From NCBI GenBank assembly GCA_964016885.1, contig OZ024745.1, positions 104,842,001 through 104,906,000 of the forward strand: a stretch of DNA of 64,000 nt, given 5' to 3'. Source of the stretch: Eledone cirrhosa. Lineage: Eukaryota. The notes beneath the pieces were generated by a model, which did not search any database, had not been told where the DNA came from, and worked only from the letters and a program-made list of their open reading frames with translations. Each line of letters starts with the position of its first letter. The first letter of the stretch is position 1. Both the position numbers and the translations under genes were made by a program. Positions 1 to 13,483 of the stretch are shown in pieces.

Positions 1-9
1 AGCAGTGAA

Positions 10-261
10 ATACAAGTTAATATATATTAATATATGATAAACACATACGTGATTGTATTGCAAAAGACGAAGTTAGCTAGAATGAAATAAACTAATTAAA
101 ATGAATACAATTTGTCTGTCTCGATATAAGTCAATAAAGACAAGCTTATATTGGCAAAAGCCGCGATTCCTGGACAAATTTAAATTTCAAAATCCAAACC
201 TGCTCCGTCTTTTGCAATACAAACACGTATGTGTTTATCATATATTAATATATATTAACTT

Positions 262-265
<4 letters not shown>
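10..265. repeat. Fold-back inverted repeat (arms ~10-72 and ~203-265) abutting a (TA)n tract
   Basis: atacaagttaatatatattaatatatgataaacacatacgtg.ttgtattgcaaaagacg is the reverse complement of 203-265 with ~2 mismatches. Confidence 0.85.
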
Positions 266-736
<471 letters not shown>

Positions 737-834
737 AAATTGAGGTTGGTAATGGCACATGGAATATATAAGAGACAGAATACTTTTTTGTGAAAAAACA
801 TAATTTTATAAGGTAAGGAAATAATAAAGGGTAT

Positions 835-885
835 AAAAAATGACCGGTTTCGATGGGTCTGCAAAAGCCATCTTTTCAAATGTTG
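835..885 (-). ncRNA. Minimal type I hammerhead ribozyme motif, U3-A8 core variant
   Basis: Minus strand: aacat TTGAAAA gatgg cttttgcagac ccatc GAAA ccgg TC atttt. 5-bp stem II, palindromic stem III, weak stem I. Confidence 0.65.
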
Positions 886-1194
886 ATTAATATTAAGAAA
901 AATTAATAATACGAAGAGTTAAAATTTGAGACTTGAAAATTCAAGTATAAAATTCATTGTGGGATTTCATAGCAGTTTTCATCTAGGTAGCAACAACAGG
1001 TTGACTGCTGTGTCCCTTTCTGGTAGTGAATGAGAAGTTATTTGGGGTGTGGGTTATTTTATAAAGGTCAGATTTAGCAATCGCCAGCTGTTGGTCAGTG
1101 AGGGGGTGGAAGCAATATACACACACACATATATCTTCCTGTGATGGGTAGGAGAGTGGAGCGTGATAGAAAAGGATTTAGTGCACTTACACCT

Positions 1195-1230
1195 ATATAT
1201 ACACACATACCTTCATCCACACATACATAC

Positions 1231-1271
<41 letters not shown>

Positions 1272-1340
1272 CACACATACATACACACACACATACATAT
1301 ACATACACACATACACACACACACATATATATATACACAT

Positions 1341-1407
<67 letters not shown>

Positions 1408-1446
1408 TATATATACATACACATACATCCAGATACACACATACAT

Positions 1447-1530
<84 letters not shown>

Positions 1531-1845
1531 CCCCACACATACATACACACACACATATATATATACATACACACATACAAACATACACACACATATATAT
1601 ACACACATACACACACATATATATACACACACACACACACACATGCATATATATATATATATACACATACGCATACATCCAGATACCCACATACATACAC
1701 ACACACACACACACACGCACACACAATACATACATCCACATGCACACACATACTCACACACACACACACACATACATACACCCACACACAGAGAAATGGC
1801 CTTCAAATATATATATATATATACATATATACAGACACATATATT
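1195..1845. repeat. Compound (CA)n/(TA)n microsatellite
   Basis: Direct reading; source of the overlapping spurious ORFs at 1095-1860. Confidence 0.95.
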
Positions 1846-1881
1846 TTTTCCATAATATAAGAAGTTGGGGCAGTGAAATTA

Positions 1882-2074
1882 AAATAATTCTGTGTGCGCA
1901 TATATACATAGATATATGTGTGTGCACGTGCAGGGTTTAACATGGATGTGTTGGTCACACAAAGGCATGGTTATTCATTGACAGACCATGCCTTTGTGTG
2001 ACCAACACATCCATGTTAAACCCTGCACGTGCACACACATATATCTATGTATATATGCGCACACAGAATTATTT
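1882..2074. repeat. Perfect 90-bp inverted repeat with 13-nt spacer
   Basis: 1882-1971 is the reverse complement of 1985-2074 (aaataattctgtgtgcgc...aaaggcatggt / accatgccttt...gcgcacacagaattattt). Confidence 0.92.
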
Positions 2075-2091
2075 GTGTGACCACACATATA

Positions 2092-4203
2092 TCATTGATA
2101 CTGATAAGAAGGTAGCTTGGACGTGTCACTACGAGAGACTATTAAATGAGGAGAATAAGTGGGAAAAAGATAGTCTGCCCCAAATCGATCCAATAGATGG
2201 ACCAGCAGTGCAAGTTGAAGGTAGTATAATAAGTATGGCAATCAAAGAGATGAAGACAAGCAAAGCAGCTGGGCCTTTGGAGATAGTTGCTGAAATGCTG
2301 AAAGTATCTGGATCGGTGGGACACACTATGGTCTCCCGGATAGTAAACCATGTCATACATAATAGGGTTATACGAAATGACTGGAGTAGCAGCATCATCA
2401 TTAACTGTTCCAAGGGTAAAGGAGATGCCTAAGACATGGGAAACTATAAAGGCATTAAATTAATTGACCAGGTCATGAAGGTCACAGAAAAAGTTATAGC
2501 GCAACTAATCAGAGAACGAATTGATCTAGATGAAATGCAGTTTGGATTTGTGTCAGGTAAAAGTACCACAGACGCTCTTTTCCTTGTACGGCAACTACAG
2601 AAGTACTTAGCTAAAAGTAAACCCCTATACTTAGCTTTTGTTGACTTGGAGAAAGCCTTTGACAGAGTCCCCCGCTCCATTATCTGGTCGGCTCTTAGAA
2701 AACTAGGTATTGATGAATGGCTCGTGAGAGCTATACAAGCCATGTATAAAGAAACAGTCAGCAAGGTTAGAATTAACAACGAATATAGTGAAGAGTTTAG
2801 TGTAAAAGCTGGTGTTCATCAGGTCTCTGTCTTTAGCCCCCTTCTATTTATTATTGCCTTTCAGGCTATAACAGAGGAGTTCAAGACCGGATGCCCATGG
2901 GAACTTCTATACGCAGATGATCTAACGCGCATAGCTGAATCAATGGCTGAACTAGAGAACAAATTCCAAGCATGGAAGCATGGCCTAGAATCAAAAGGCA
3001 TTAAAATTAACTTGTCTAAGACGAACGTTCTAGTATGTAGTAAGGAAAATAGGGCAGTGGTCCCCTCTGGGAAATGGCCATGCTCAGTGTGTAGGAAAGG
3101 AGTAGGCAGAAACTCCATTTGATGTCCCAAATGCAAAGTATGGGTGCATAAAAGATGTAGTGGGATCACAGGTAAGCTAACTAAGAACATATATTTAATA
3201 TGTGGCCGGTGCTCAGGTGCAATAAGTAGTAGAAAGTACCCACAGCATACTAGCTCCTTCCATTGCCCAGATGGTTCTATAGAAATAGTAGACACCTTCC
3301 ATTACCTGGGTGGCAAAATCAGCAGTGGTGGTGGGTGCTCTGAAAGTACAGTAGGTAGAGTCAGAACGGGATGGAAAAGGTTCAGAGAGCTTATACCACT
3401 ATTGGCCGCTAAAGATTTCTCCCTAAAAATGAAAGGCAGGCTGTATGATGCCTGCATACGAACAGCAATGTTACATGGCAGTGAGACATGGGCATTGTGT
3501 GCAGAGGATCTGCGCAGACTGGAGAGGAACGAAGCTTGCATGCTCCATTGGATGTGTAATAGTAATATATGTGAACGGCAAAACATAAATGATCTAAGTG
3601 AGAAATTAGGAATAAGAGGGATCAGATGTTGTTTACTCGAGAGAAGACTACGTTGGTATGGCCACGTGATGCGCATGAAAGACGACAGCTGTATAAAAAA
3701 GTGCAGGGTGATTAAAATAGACTTAAGCTACGGAATAGGTAGACCCAGAAAAATCTGGGACAATGTCATAAATTCCGACCTTACACACTTACACCTCTCC
3801 AAGACAATGTCACTGGACCGAGATCTTTGGCGCTACGCAGTAATACAAAGAGAAACTTACACTCTGTAGGCACCTCCTAACCAAAAATACAGCCCCACAC
3901 CACTACCCTTACTGCCACCCCCATCTACACCTAAAGTTATGTTGCTGCCACTACATGTAGGTGTCACGACAAAAAAAAACACACAGTCCACGCTGTAATG
4001 TGGCCGTGTAGGTAACACGGGAAAAACCTCCCAGTCCATACTGTAAACGTGGTTGGTGTTGGGAAGGGCATCCAGCTGTAGAAAACCCGCCAGATAGTCC
4101 TATACGAGCAAGACAACCAATCTTGCCTTATGTGGGACAATTCCCGTCTAAACCCTTGCTAGTGTTGAAGATAGACGTTAAACGATGATGATGATGATGA
4201 TGA
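2092..4203 (+). mobile_element. 5'-truncated RTE-clade LINE (subfamily A), disrupted RT ORF, (GAT)n tail
   Basis: ORFs 1998-2432, 2436-3122 and 3144-3869 carry RT motifs (NYKGIKL, FVDLEKAFDRV, LYADD, FHYLG, RLRWYGHVMR) with in-frame stops at ~2430 and ~3120; ends ...cgttaaacgatgatgatg. Confidence 0.93.
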
Positions 4204-4544
4204 ATATAAAACGAAAAATCAGTGATGCATCTAAACTCAATTTATTGTGTTTTACAATTGTTTCACCGGCGGACAGCTCGAGACGCGATCATTGTGTGGA
4301 TCTGTCTGATTCTGGACCCGCAGGTTCGACGGACACGTCTAATGATTTCGGAGCATATTCTCTCACTGGAGTATCTGACCCTATGGGCTAGTACCGTTAA
4401 AAACTTCATCCTCTTCGCACATCCAGTGATTGGCCACTGGTTGTCTACGTCATCATAATTCTGACCACAGGTACCATTCCACTGTCCCATGTCTGCTACA
4501 CTTCAATGAATTACTGCTGTGTTTGGTAGTTCACACATCAACGC

Positions 4545-5148
4545 GCGCACTCACACACACACATGCACATACACACACACACACACACAATCACATAGAT
4601 AACGACAGTCGTACGCATAGACTCCCGCTATACCCACACATTAAGGAGGACATATGAACATTTAAACGTACACATACATTCATCCAGAGAGGCACATGCC
4701 CACAAGCCTATATACATCAACACACACACACACATGCTCATACACATGCATACGCGTATATATACACATACACACAAACATGTACAGACATATACATTGA
4801 ACCCCCTCCACCCATGCCCACACACATACACACATGTATCCATATATACACGCACAGATACATACTCGCTCGCAAACACACATATATATATATACACACA
4901 CAAACAAGCCCTTTCCCTACAGGGGTGCTTGTACACACACACACACACACACTGGCCCATATACACTCTTACAAATATGCGCATATTCCCATACAGACCC
5001 ACGCACACAAAAAAAAAAAAAGCTTGTACACATATAAAAAATACATACATACACGTATATATATATATATATACATACATATACGTATATACATATATAT
5101 AAAAAATATAAAATATAAAATATATTAAAAATATACAAATATACATAT
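4545..5148. repeat. Degenerate CA/TA-rich low-complexity tract
   Basis: Direct reading. Confidence 0.85.
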
Positions 5149-5337
5149 AACTGTTTCTACTTTAGGCACAAGGCCAGCAATTACCCAGTGCATTACTGGT
5201 ACTTTATTTTATCGACCCCGTAAGGATGAAAGGCAAAGTCAACCTCGGCGGGATTTGAACTCAGATCGTAAAGGGACGCAACTATGCTGGAAAGCATGGC
5301 GTCCGACCCTATACCGATACCGCCAATCCACCGCCCT
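5149..5337 (-). mobile_element. tRNA-derived SINE (young family, ~190 bp)
   Basis: Minus strand gggcggtggattggc.gtatcggta...gagttcaaatccc (A/B boxes)...gtcgataaaataaagtaccag...gtagaaaca; near-identical to the copies at 47252 and 55826. Confidence 0.9.
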
Positions 5338-5715
5338 ATACAAATATACATATAACGCCACATAGAGATACACAGTGTGCTATACATGAAAGGGTGCGCC
5401 CAGTTGTATGTGTCTACAGAGATGTTGTTATGTTGCGAACATGGATCAATCCACGTATGGAATCTTCACGCAAAGCCACATAATGTGCGTTCATGGTATT
5501 ACAGTACATAGTATGTGCAGACCGTACATAGAAAATGCATGCAGATTATATATAAAAAAAGCAGAAGGAACGGGAATGCATATGAGATAGTACACAAGAG
5601 AAGTATGAGATACACACGTGGGTCTGTATACGGAAAATACTTTAGGTGTTACAAAATAGAATACGTGGAGAGTATGGACTCTCTATTGAAAAGATACACA
5701 TGCAGGGGTGGTGCG

Positions 5716-6230
5716 TGAACTGGCCATACTGGAGTATGTCACTGTGGTTGAGGTATAGTGCCTTATTGGTGTGAGGCATTGGACTGAATATCAATGGAAT
5801 CCGGGTCAACCTGTCCCGGCTCAGGCGATGTTCTTGCCTAGGGTGATGTGCAGAATCGGGTGGGCATCCTGGGTTACTTCGGCTTACCCCATGGGGCATA
5901 TATAGTCAACAGGGTATGGTGTCTGATCTCTTGAACCTGTTTTGCCACTCTGGTCGGCGTGCGCTCCGCCGCATGTCTTTAGCTTGGGCTGCCCGGTGGA
6001 TTCCATGCGGAGAGTGTGCACCTTCTCTGGTGTCTGCACGTCATGATTATTTCCGATTTCAGGTTGACCACATCATCCTTCAGTCTGACTATCTCCATGG
6101 CCTCGGATAGGCATAGCCTGCACTTTCTATTTCCAGCCGAATATGCATTCGCGTGCTGCAATTCTAAAACTACTAACAACATGCTAGCGCCCTCCCATTG
6201 GCGTGAATAGGGTGGTCAACAGCTATAAAT
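5716..6230 (-). mobile_element. Penelope-like retroelement 3' fragment (C-terminus after the GIY-YIG domain)
   Basis: ORF 5979..6182 (-): YSAGNRKCRLCLSEAMEI...VNLKSEIIMTCRH, resembling the CxLCxxE...LNxxxE...CRH C-terminal signature of Penelope-like elements. Boundaries approximate. Confidence 0.7.
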
Positions 6231-6416
6231 AGCAGCCAAGTCCTTTCAACCGATTTAGCTCTACAGATAAGGAGTCGTTTATATATCCGAAATAGATTTA
6301 ATTAAATTAAATTAAAGGAGTCATGTCCGAGACATGCGCCATATCCACTGTAGAATAAGCTCAAAGATTCCAATGAATAGATCCGAGCATTTTATATCAA
6401 CTAGAAATTGATTGGC

Positions 6417-6760
6417 ATCATCATCATCATCATCAACGTTTAACGTCCGTGTTCCACGCTTGCATGGGTTTGGACGGGGGTATTCCCACTTGAGGCAAGA
6501 GTGATTGTCTTGCTCGCATAGGACTGTCTGGCAGGTTTTCTACAGTTGGATGCCCTTCCTAACACCAACCACATTTACAGTGTGGGACTGGGAGGTTTTT
6601 ACCGTGTTACCTACACGGCCATATTACAGCGTGGACTGTGTGTTTTTTTGTCGTGACACCTACACAATCTCATTTGTTTCGGCCTGGATGTTGTGATACC
6701 AACATAACTTTACATAGGAGGGGGGGGGGGGGGTGGATGGGGGGGGGGGGACGGGGGTGT
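6417..6760 (-). mobile_element. RTE subfamily A 3' UTR fragment
   Basis: (CAT)n tail at 6417-6434, then sequence matching the 3' UTR of the 7873-12090 copy. Confidence 0.9.
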
Positions 6761-6921
6761 ATATATATATATATATATATTTAAAATAAACACATGAAAC
6801 AATCACAGGGAACAAATTGTGGGAAGACACTAGCATGTTGTTAGTAGTTTTAGAATTGCAGCATGTGTGTTGGGTCACTTGCAGATTTGTATTTGATGCG
6901 TAAACACAGACAGTTATTTCT

Positions 6922-7012
6922 TCCTCCTTGCTGATGATCTAAGATTTAACTACTGTGACTTTACGGATTTTTAGTGAAATATATTTCTTTAATGAAATAT
7001 ATACAAGGAGGA
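6922..7012 (+). ncRNA. Full type I hammerhead ribozyme motif
   Basis: tcctccttg CTGATGA tctaaga...tttttagt GAAA tatatttc tttaat gaaatata TA caaggagga. 9-bp stem I and 8-bp stem III are perfect; predicted cleavage after 7003. Confidence 0.88.
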
Positions 7013-7195
7013 TTAATCATTTTTTAAAAGGTAATATTTGAAGATCTAGTTAAACTTTAATTAGTTACCTACTTAGCTGTGTATGATTACACACTTTACA
7101 AATTATCCCCTGTGATTGTTTCATGTTTATTTTAAATATATATATATATATGTCAATCAATTTCTAGTTGATATATATTTATATATATATATATT

Positions 7196-7233
<38 letters not shown>

Positions 7234-7280
7234 TATATATATATATTTATATATATTTATATATATATATATATATATAC

Positions 7281-7460
7281 AGCACTCACTGTAAATGAGG
7301 TTGGTGTTAGGAAGGGCATCCAGCTGTAGAAATCAAGCCAGATCAGTTCCTGTATGAGCAAGGCATGGTCAGCCGACCAGACACTGCCCACAACAGGACA
7401 ACCCGTCTAACCCATGCTAGCGTGGAAGAACGGACGTAAAACGGTGATGATGATGATGAT
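7281..7460 (+). mobile_element. RTE subfamily B extreme 3' end
   Basis: Matches 50674-50858; (GAT)n tail; starts directly in a (TA)n tract. Confidence 0.88.
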
Positions 7461-7718
7461 ATATAAATGAAAGGTATAGAAATTGTTTTAGCGAGAAGCT
7501 AACAGTATTCTATAATATATATGAGACTATGTCGTCAAGATGGGAAAAATAGTTAACGTAAGATGTAGGAAAAATAATTCAAACTCATCTCAAAAGAGAA
7601 TCAGGAGACAAATTCATCCACAGAATTTAGTGAAATCCAGGGAAAAATCAGTAGACCCTTAACTCATGATAAAATAAAGTTTAAAACGCTTATCCTTCAA
7701 TTTGGAAAAACATCAAAT

Positions 7719-7798
7719 GCTCTGTATAGTCTTAAAGACTATTTCATGAAAACTTTCAGTGGAGAAGGTCATGGTTGGATTTCAATCGTCAGCGGAGC
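7719..7798 (-). ncRNA. Type I hammerhead ribozyme motif
   Basis: Minus strand: gctccg CTGACGA ttgaaa...tttcat GAAA tagtct tta agacta TA cagagc. 6-bp stem III; stem I 5 of 6 paired. Confidence 0.8.
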
Positions 7799-8375
7799 TC
7801 AACAGATAACCAGGGCTACCACAGAATTATAAGCCAAAAAGGGAATTCTAAAACTATTTATATATATATATATCATCATCATCATCATCAGGTTTAGCGT
7901 CCGTGTTCCACGCTTGCATGGGTTTGGACGGGGGTTTTCCCACTTGAGGCAAGAGTGATTGTCTTGCTCGCATAGGACTGTCTGGCAGGTTTTCTACAGT
8001 TGGATGCCCTTCCTAACACCAACCACATTTACAGTGTGGGGCTGGGAGGTTTTTACCGTGTTGCCTACACGGCCACATTACAGCGTGGACTGTCTGGCGG
8101 GTTTTCTACAGCTGGATGCCCTTCCTAACACCAACCACATTTACAGTGTGGGGTTGGGAGGTTTTTACCATGTTGCCTACACGGCCACATTTACAGCGTG
8201 GACTGTGTGTTTTTTTGTCGTGACACCTACACGATCTCATTTGTTTCGGCCTGGATGTTGTGGGACCAACATAACTTTACATTGAAAGGGGCGGTGTGGA
8301 TGGGGTGGAGGTGGTGGGACGGGGGTGTGTTTTGATAGAGATGCCTACTGACTGTAGTAGGTTTTTACTTTGTAT

Positions 8376-11300
8376 TTAGGTAAGGCGGGTCTTCTCTATT
8401 ACTGAGTACCGCCAAAGGTCTCGGTCCAGTGACATTGTCTTGGAGAGGTGTAAGCGTGTGAGGTCGGAATTTATCAGCTCGTCCCATGTTTTTCTTGGTC
8501 TGCCTACTCCGTGGCTACCGTCTATCTTTATTGCCCTGCACTTTGTTATACAGCTGTCGTCTTTCATGCGCATCACGTGACCGTACCAACGTAGCCTTCT
8601 CTCGAGTAAACAACATCTGATCCCTCTTATTTCTAATTTTTTCCTTAGTTCGTTTATGCTTTGCCGTTCACGTATATTACTATTACACATCCAGCGGAGC
8701 ATGCATGCTTCGTTCCTCTCTAGTCTGCGTATATCCTCTGCACACAATGCCTAGGTCTCACTGCCATGCAGCATTGCTGTTCGTATGCAGGCATCGTATA
8801 ACCTGCCTTTCATTTTTAGGGAGAACCCTCTAGCGGCTAATAGTGGTATAAGCTCTCTGAACTTTTTCCATCCAGTTCTGACTCTAGCTACTGTACTTTC
8901 AGAGCACCCTCCAACACTGCTGATTTTGTCACCCAGGTAACGGAAGCTGTCCACTATTTCTATAGAACCCTCTGCGCAGTTGAAGGAGCTAGTATTTTAT
9001 GGGCACTTGCTGCTACTTATTGCACCAGAGCACCGGCCACATGTAAAATCTATGTTCTTAGTTAGCTTACCTGTGATCCCACTACATCTTTTATGCACCC
9101 ATACTTTGCATTTGGGACATAAAATGGAGTTTATACCTATGCCTTTCCTACACACTGAGCATGGCCATTTCCCAGATGGGACCGCCGCCTTATTTTCTTT
9201 CCTACAAACTAGAACTTTAGTCTTAGCCAGGTTAATTTTAAGGCCTTTTGATTCTAGGCCGTGCTTCCATGTTTGGAATTTCTTCTCTAGTTCGGTCATT
9301 GATTCAGCTATGAGCGTTAGATCATCTGCGTATAGGAGTTCCCATGGGCAGCCGGTCTTGAACTCCTCTGTTATAGCCTGAAGGGCAATAATAAATAGTA
9401 GTGGGCTAAGAACAGAGCCCTGATGGACACCAACTTTTACGCTAAACTCTTCACTATATTCGTTGTAAATTCTAACCTTACTGACTGTTTCTTTATACAT
9501 GGCTTGTATAGCTCTCACAAGCCATTCGTCAACACCTAGTTTTCTAAGAGACCACCAGATAATGGAACGGGGGACTCTGTCGAAGACTTTCTCCAAGTCG
9601 ACGAAAGCTAAGTATAGGGGTTTACTTTTAGCTAGGTACTTCTCCTGTAGTTGTCGTACAATGAAAAGAGCGTCTGTGGTACTTTTGCCTGACACAAACC
9701 CGAACTGCATTTCATCTAGATCAATTCTCTCTCTGATTAGTTGTGCTATTACTTTTTCCGTGACCTTCATGACCTGGTCGATTAATTTAATGCCTCTATA
9801 GTTACTCCTATCTAGGGCATCTCCTTTTCCCTTATAGCAGTTAACGATGATGCTGCTACGCCAGTCCTTCGGAACAACCCCATTCTGTACGACTTGGTTA
9901 ACTATCCGGGTGACCATGGTGTGTCCCACCGAACCAGATGCCTTCAGCATCTCAGCAACTATTTCCGAAGGACCAGCCGCCTTACCCGTCTTCATATCTT
10001 TGATTGCCTTGCTTATTGTACTACCCTGGACTAACACTGCTGGTCCCTCTATTGGGTCGATGTGGGGGAGACTGTCTTTCTCCCATTTGTTCTCCTCATT
10101 TAGAAGCCTTTCGTAGTGACACTTCCAAGCTACCTTCTTATCAGCGTCGGTGATGGCAAGTATGCCATCATCGTTAAGTACACACTTCTCCCCGACAATA
10201 TCACGGTTTTCCTGGACACATTTCCTGGCAATCCTGAACACCTCACGTTTTTGGTCCTCACGTTGTAGAACATGCTTGAACTTTCTTTCCTCTGCTTCCC
10301 TTCTTGCGAAGTACACTTGTCTCCTAGCTTCCCTCCTGGCCACTTGATAGTCTACTCTACTTCCCCCATCCCGCCATACTTGCCAAGCCTGCTTTTTGGC
10401 CTTAATTGACTCCTCCACCTTACTGTTCCACCACCATGTTACTCTCCTCCTACCTACAGGCCTGCTCCAGCCACAGACGTCGTCTGCCGCCGTCAGCAGG
10501 TTTGCTCTCAGGAATTCCTACTGTTCCTCTATATTATACGACTCTAATTGCTCTTCCTTACTGTCGAAAGCGCAAGTAATATGCTTTGAAATTTATTTCT
10601 GGCTATGGGGTCCTTTAGCTTCCATATTTTTCTCCTGAGGATAGTCCTCTTCCGCTGTCTAGTACGTCTCGTCCTGACTATGAGGTCGCTAATTATCAGT
10701 CTATGTTGGGAGGTGAATTCTTCATGGGGGAGGGATTTAGTGTTAACAACAGACACTCTGTCACGTCTTCTGGTAAGGATATAATCTACCTGGCTTGTGT
10801 GTTCCCCCGATCTATAGGTGATCAAGTGATTGTCTCGTTTTTTGAAGTTAGTGTTACAGATAGTTAAGTTATTTGCGTCGCAGAATTCCAGGATTCTGGA
10901 GCCTTCCTCATTTCTAGTACCGAACCCATAGCCTCCATGGATTCCGTCATAGCCGTCACAATGTTGTCCAACGTGACCATTTAGGTCTCCTGCAATAACT
11001 ATATAGTCACTGTCGGTTATTTGGGAGGTAGCGAGCATCAGTGTCTCGTAGAATCTGTCTTTTATAGCGCCGGGCAGTCCGGATTGGTGTGCGTACGCAG
11101 ATATTACTGTCACCGTAGTTTTATTGAGGACAAGTCTTATTTTAATTATTCTGTCGTTCACTCTATTTACGTCTATTATCTTATCTGCCCACTTTTCTGC
11201 TACCATGATTCCTACCCCACCCAACCCATTGTCATTTCCCAAACAGAAAAGCTTATAGCATCGTTCTTTACCCACGATGAATCTAGCCGACCCTCCCCTC

Positions 11301-11395
11301 CACCTGGTCTCTTGAATACAACAAACATCGACCTCCTTACGTTCAAGCATTTCTACAACCTCGTTAGAGCGACCCTTTAAGGTACCTACATTCAT
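8376..11395 (-). pseudogene. Disrupted RTE EN-RT ORF
   Basis: Frameshift near 10550-10590, TAG at 10520-10518, frameshift near 8997 and TAG at 8753-8751; otherwise colinear. Confidence 0.88.
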
Positions 11396-11830
11396 GGTAC
11401 CAACTCTGAAGTTTTGGATTGCGTTTGGAGGGTGGGAGCGGTGGGGCGCGGGGGGGGAGATGGGGTTATGTTAGCAATCCTGGGCCGAAACAAGGAGGAG
11501 TGCTTGCATTCTCGTCCACGAGGTGAATTTGGCTTTATCTTTGGCATTGTCGCTGAGCGTCCACATTTTTCTCTCTTCAACTCTCCAGAATTCCGTAGTC
11601 CATCCATCATATCGAAAAGCAACCAGTTAAGCGATAGTATGGGCCTCTGACTTATGATTGGTCCACGTAATAATGGTGGTGCGTGGGGGCGGGTGGGGGG
11701 GGGGGGATGATGGGTTGTTAGCGAAAATGTAAGGTTTAAGATAAGATCGCCGTATTTTGGGCATAATTTAACAATAAACGAAAATACAAGATTTGTTTTG
11801 TTTAAGAAAATACGATAGAGAAAATGCGGT

Positions 11831-12390
<560 letters not shown>

Positions 12391-12391
12391 T

Positions 12392-13415
12392 AAGTAGCAG
12401 CAAGTGCCCCAAAATACTAGCTCTTTCAATTGCGCAGAGGGTTCTATAGAAATAGTGGACAGCTTCCGTTACCTGGGTGACAAAATCAGCAGTGGGGGAG
12501 GGTGCTCTGAAAGTACAGTAGCTAGAGTCAGAACTGGATGGAAAAAGTTCAGAGAGCTTATACCACTATTAGCCGCTAAAGGGTTCTCCCTAAAAATGAA
12601 ACGCAGGTTGTATGATGCCTGCATACGAACAGCAATGTTGCATGGCAGTTAGACCTGGGCATTGTGTGCAGAGGATATACGCAGGCTAGAGAGGAACGAA
12701 GCTTGCATGTTCCGCTGGATGTGTAATAGTAATATACGTGAACGGCAAAGCATAAACGAACTAAGGAAAAAATTAGAAATAAGAGGGATCAGATGTTGTT
12801 TACTCGAGAGAAGGCTACGTTGGTATGGTCACGTGATGTGCATGAAAGACGACAGCTGTATAACAAAGTGCAGGGCAATAAAGATAGACGGTAGCCACGG
12901 TGTAGGCAGACCCAGAAAAACCTGGGATGAGCTGATAAATTCCGACCTCACACACTTACACCTCTCCAAGACAATGTCACTGGACCGAGACCTTTGGCGG
13001 TACTCAGTAATAGAGAAGACCCGCCTTACCTAAATACAAAGTAAAACCTACTACAGTCAGTAGGCATCTCTAACAAAATATACCCCGTCCCACCACCCCC
13101 ACCCCATCCACACCGCCCCTTTCAATGTAAAGTTATGTTGGTGCCACAACATCCAGGCCGAAACAAATGAGATCGTGTAGGTGTCACAACAAAAAAACAC
13201 ACAGTCCACGCTGTAATGTGGCCGTGTAGGCAACACAGTAAAAACCTCCCAGCCCCACACTGTAAATGTGGTTGGTGTTAGGAAGGGCATCCAGCTGTAG
13301 AAAATCCGCCAGACAGTCCTATGCGAGCAAGACAATCACTCTTGCCTCAAGTAGGAAAACTCCCGTCCAAACCCATGCAAGCGTGGAACACGGACGTTAA
13401 ACGATGATGATGATA
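12392..13415 (+). mobile_element. 5'-truncated RTE subfamily A copy
   Basis: ORFs 12404-12652 and 12662-13033 are almost identical to the C-terminus of the 7873-12090 copy; (GAT)n tail. Confidence 0.94.
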
Positions 13416-13443
13416 TTTATATATATTTATATATATTTATATA

Positions 13444-13483
<40 letters not shown>

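Noticed and set aside
4245-4300. GAAA-caattg-TA half of a hammerhead on the minus strand
   Set aside because: No matching CTGANGA-type core or stem II/stem I partner could be placed.
6259-6320. CAGATAA gga...tcc GAAA hammerhead-like string
   Set aside because: Two core deviations and no convincing stem I or stem III; not counted.
2129-10347. Antisense ORFs overlapping RTE coding regions
   Set aside because: Shadow frames of the RT ORF, repeated only because the LINE is repeated.
11400-11830. Possible HDV-like ribozyme in the RTE 5' region (known from some RTEs)
   Set aside because: I could not build the nested double pseudoknot by eye; an Infernal/RNArobo search is needed.
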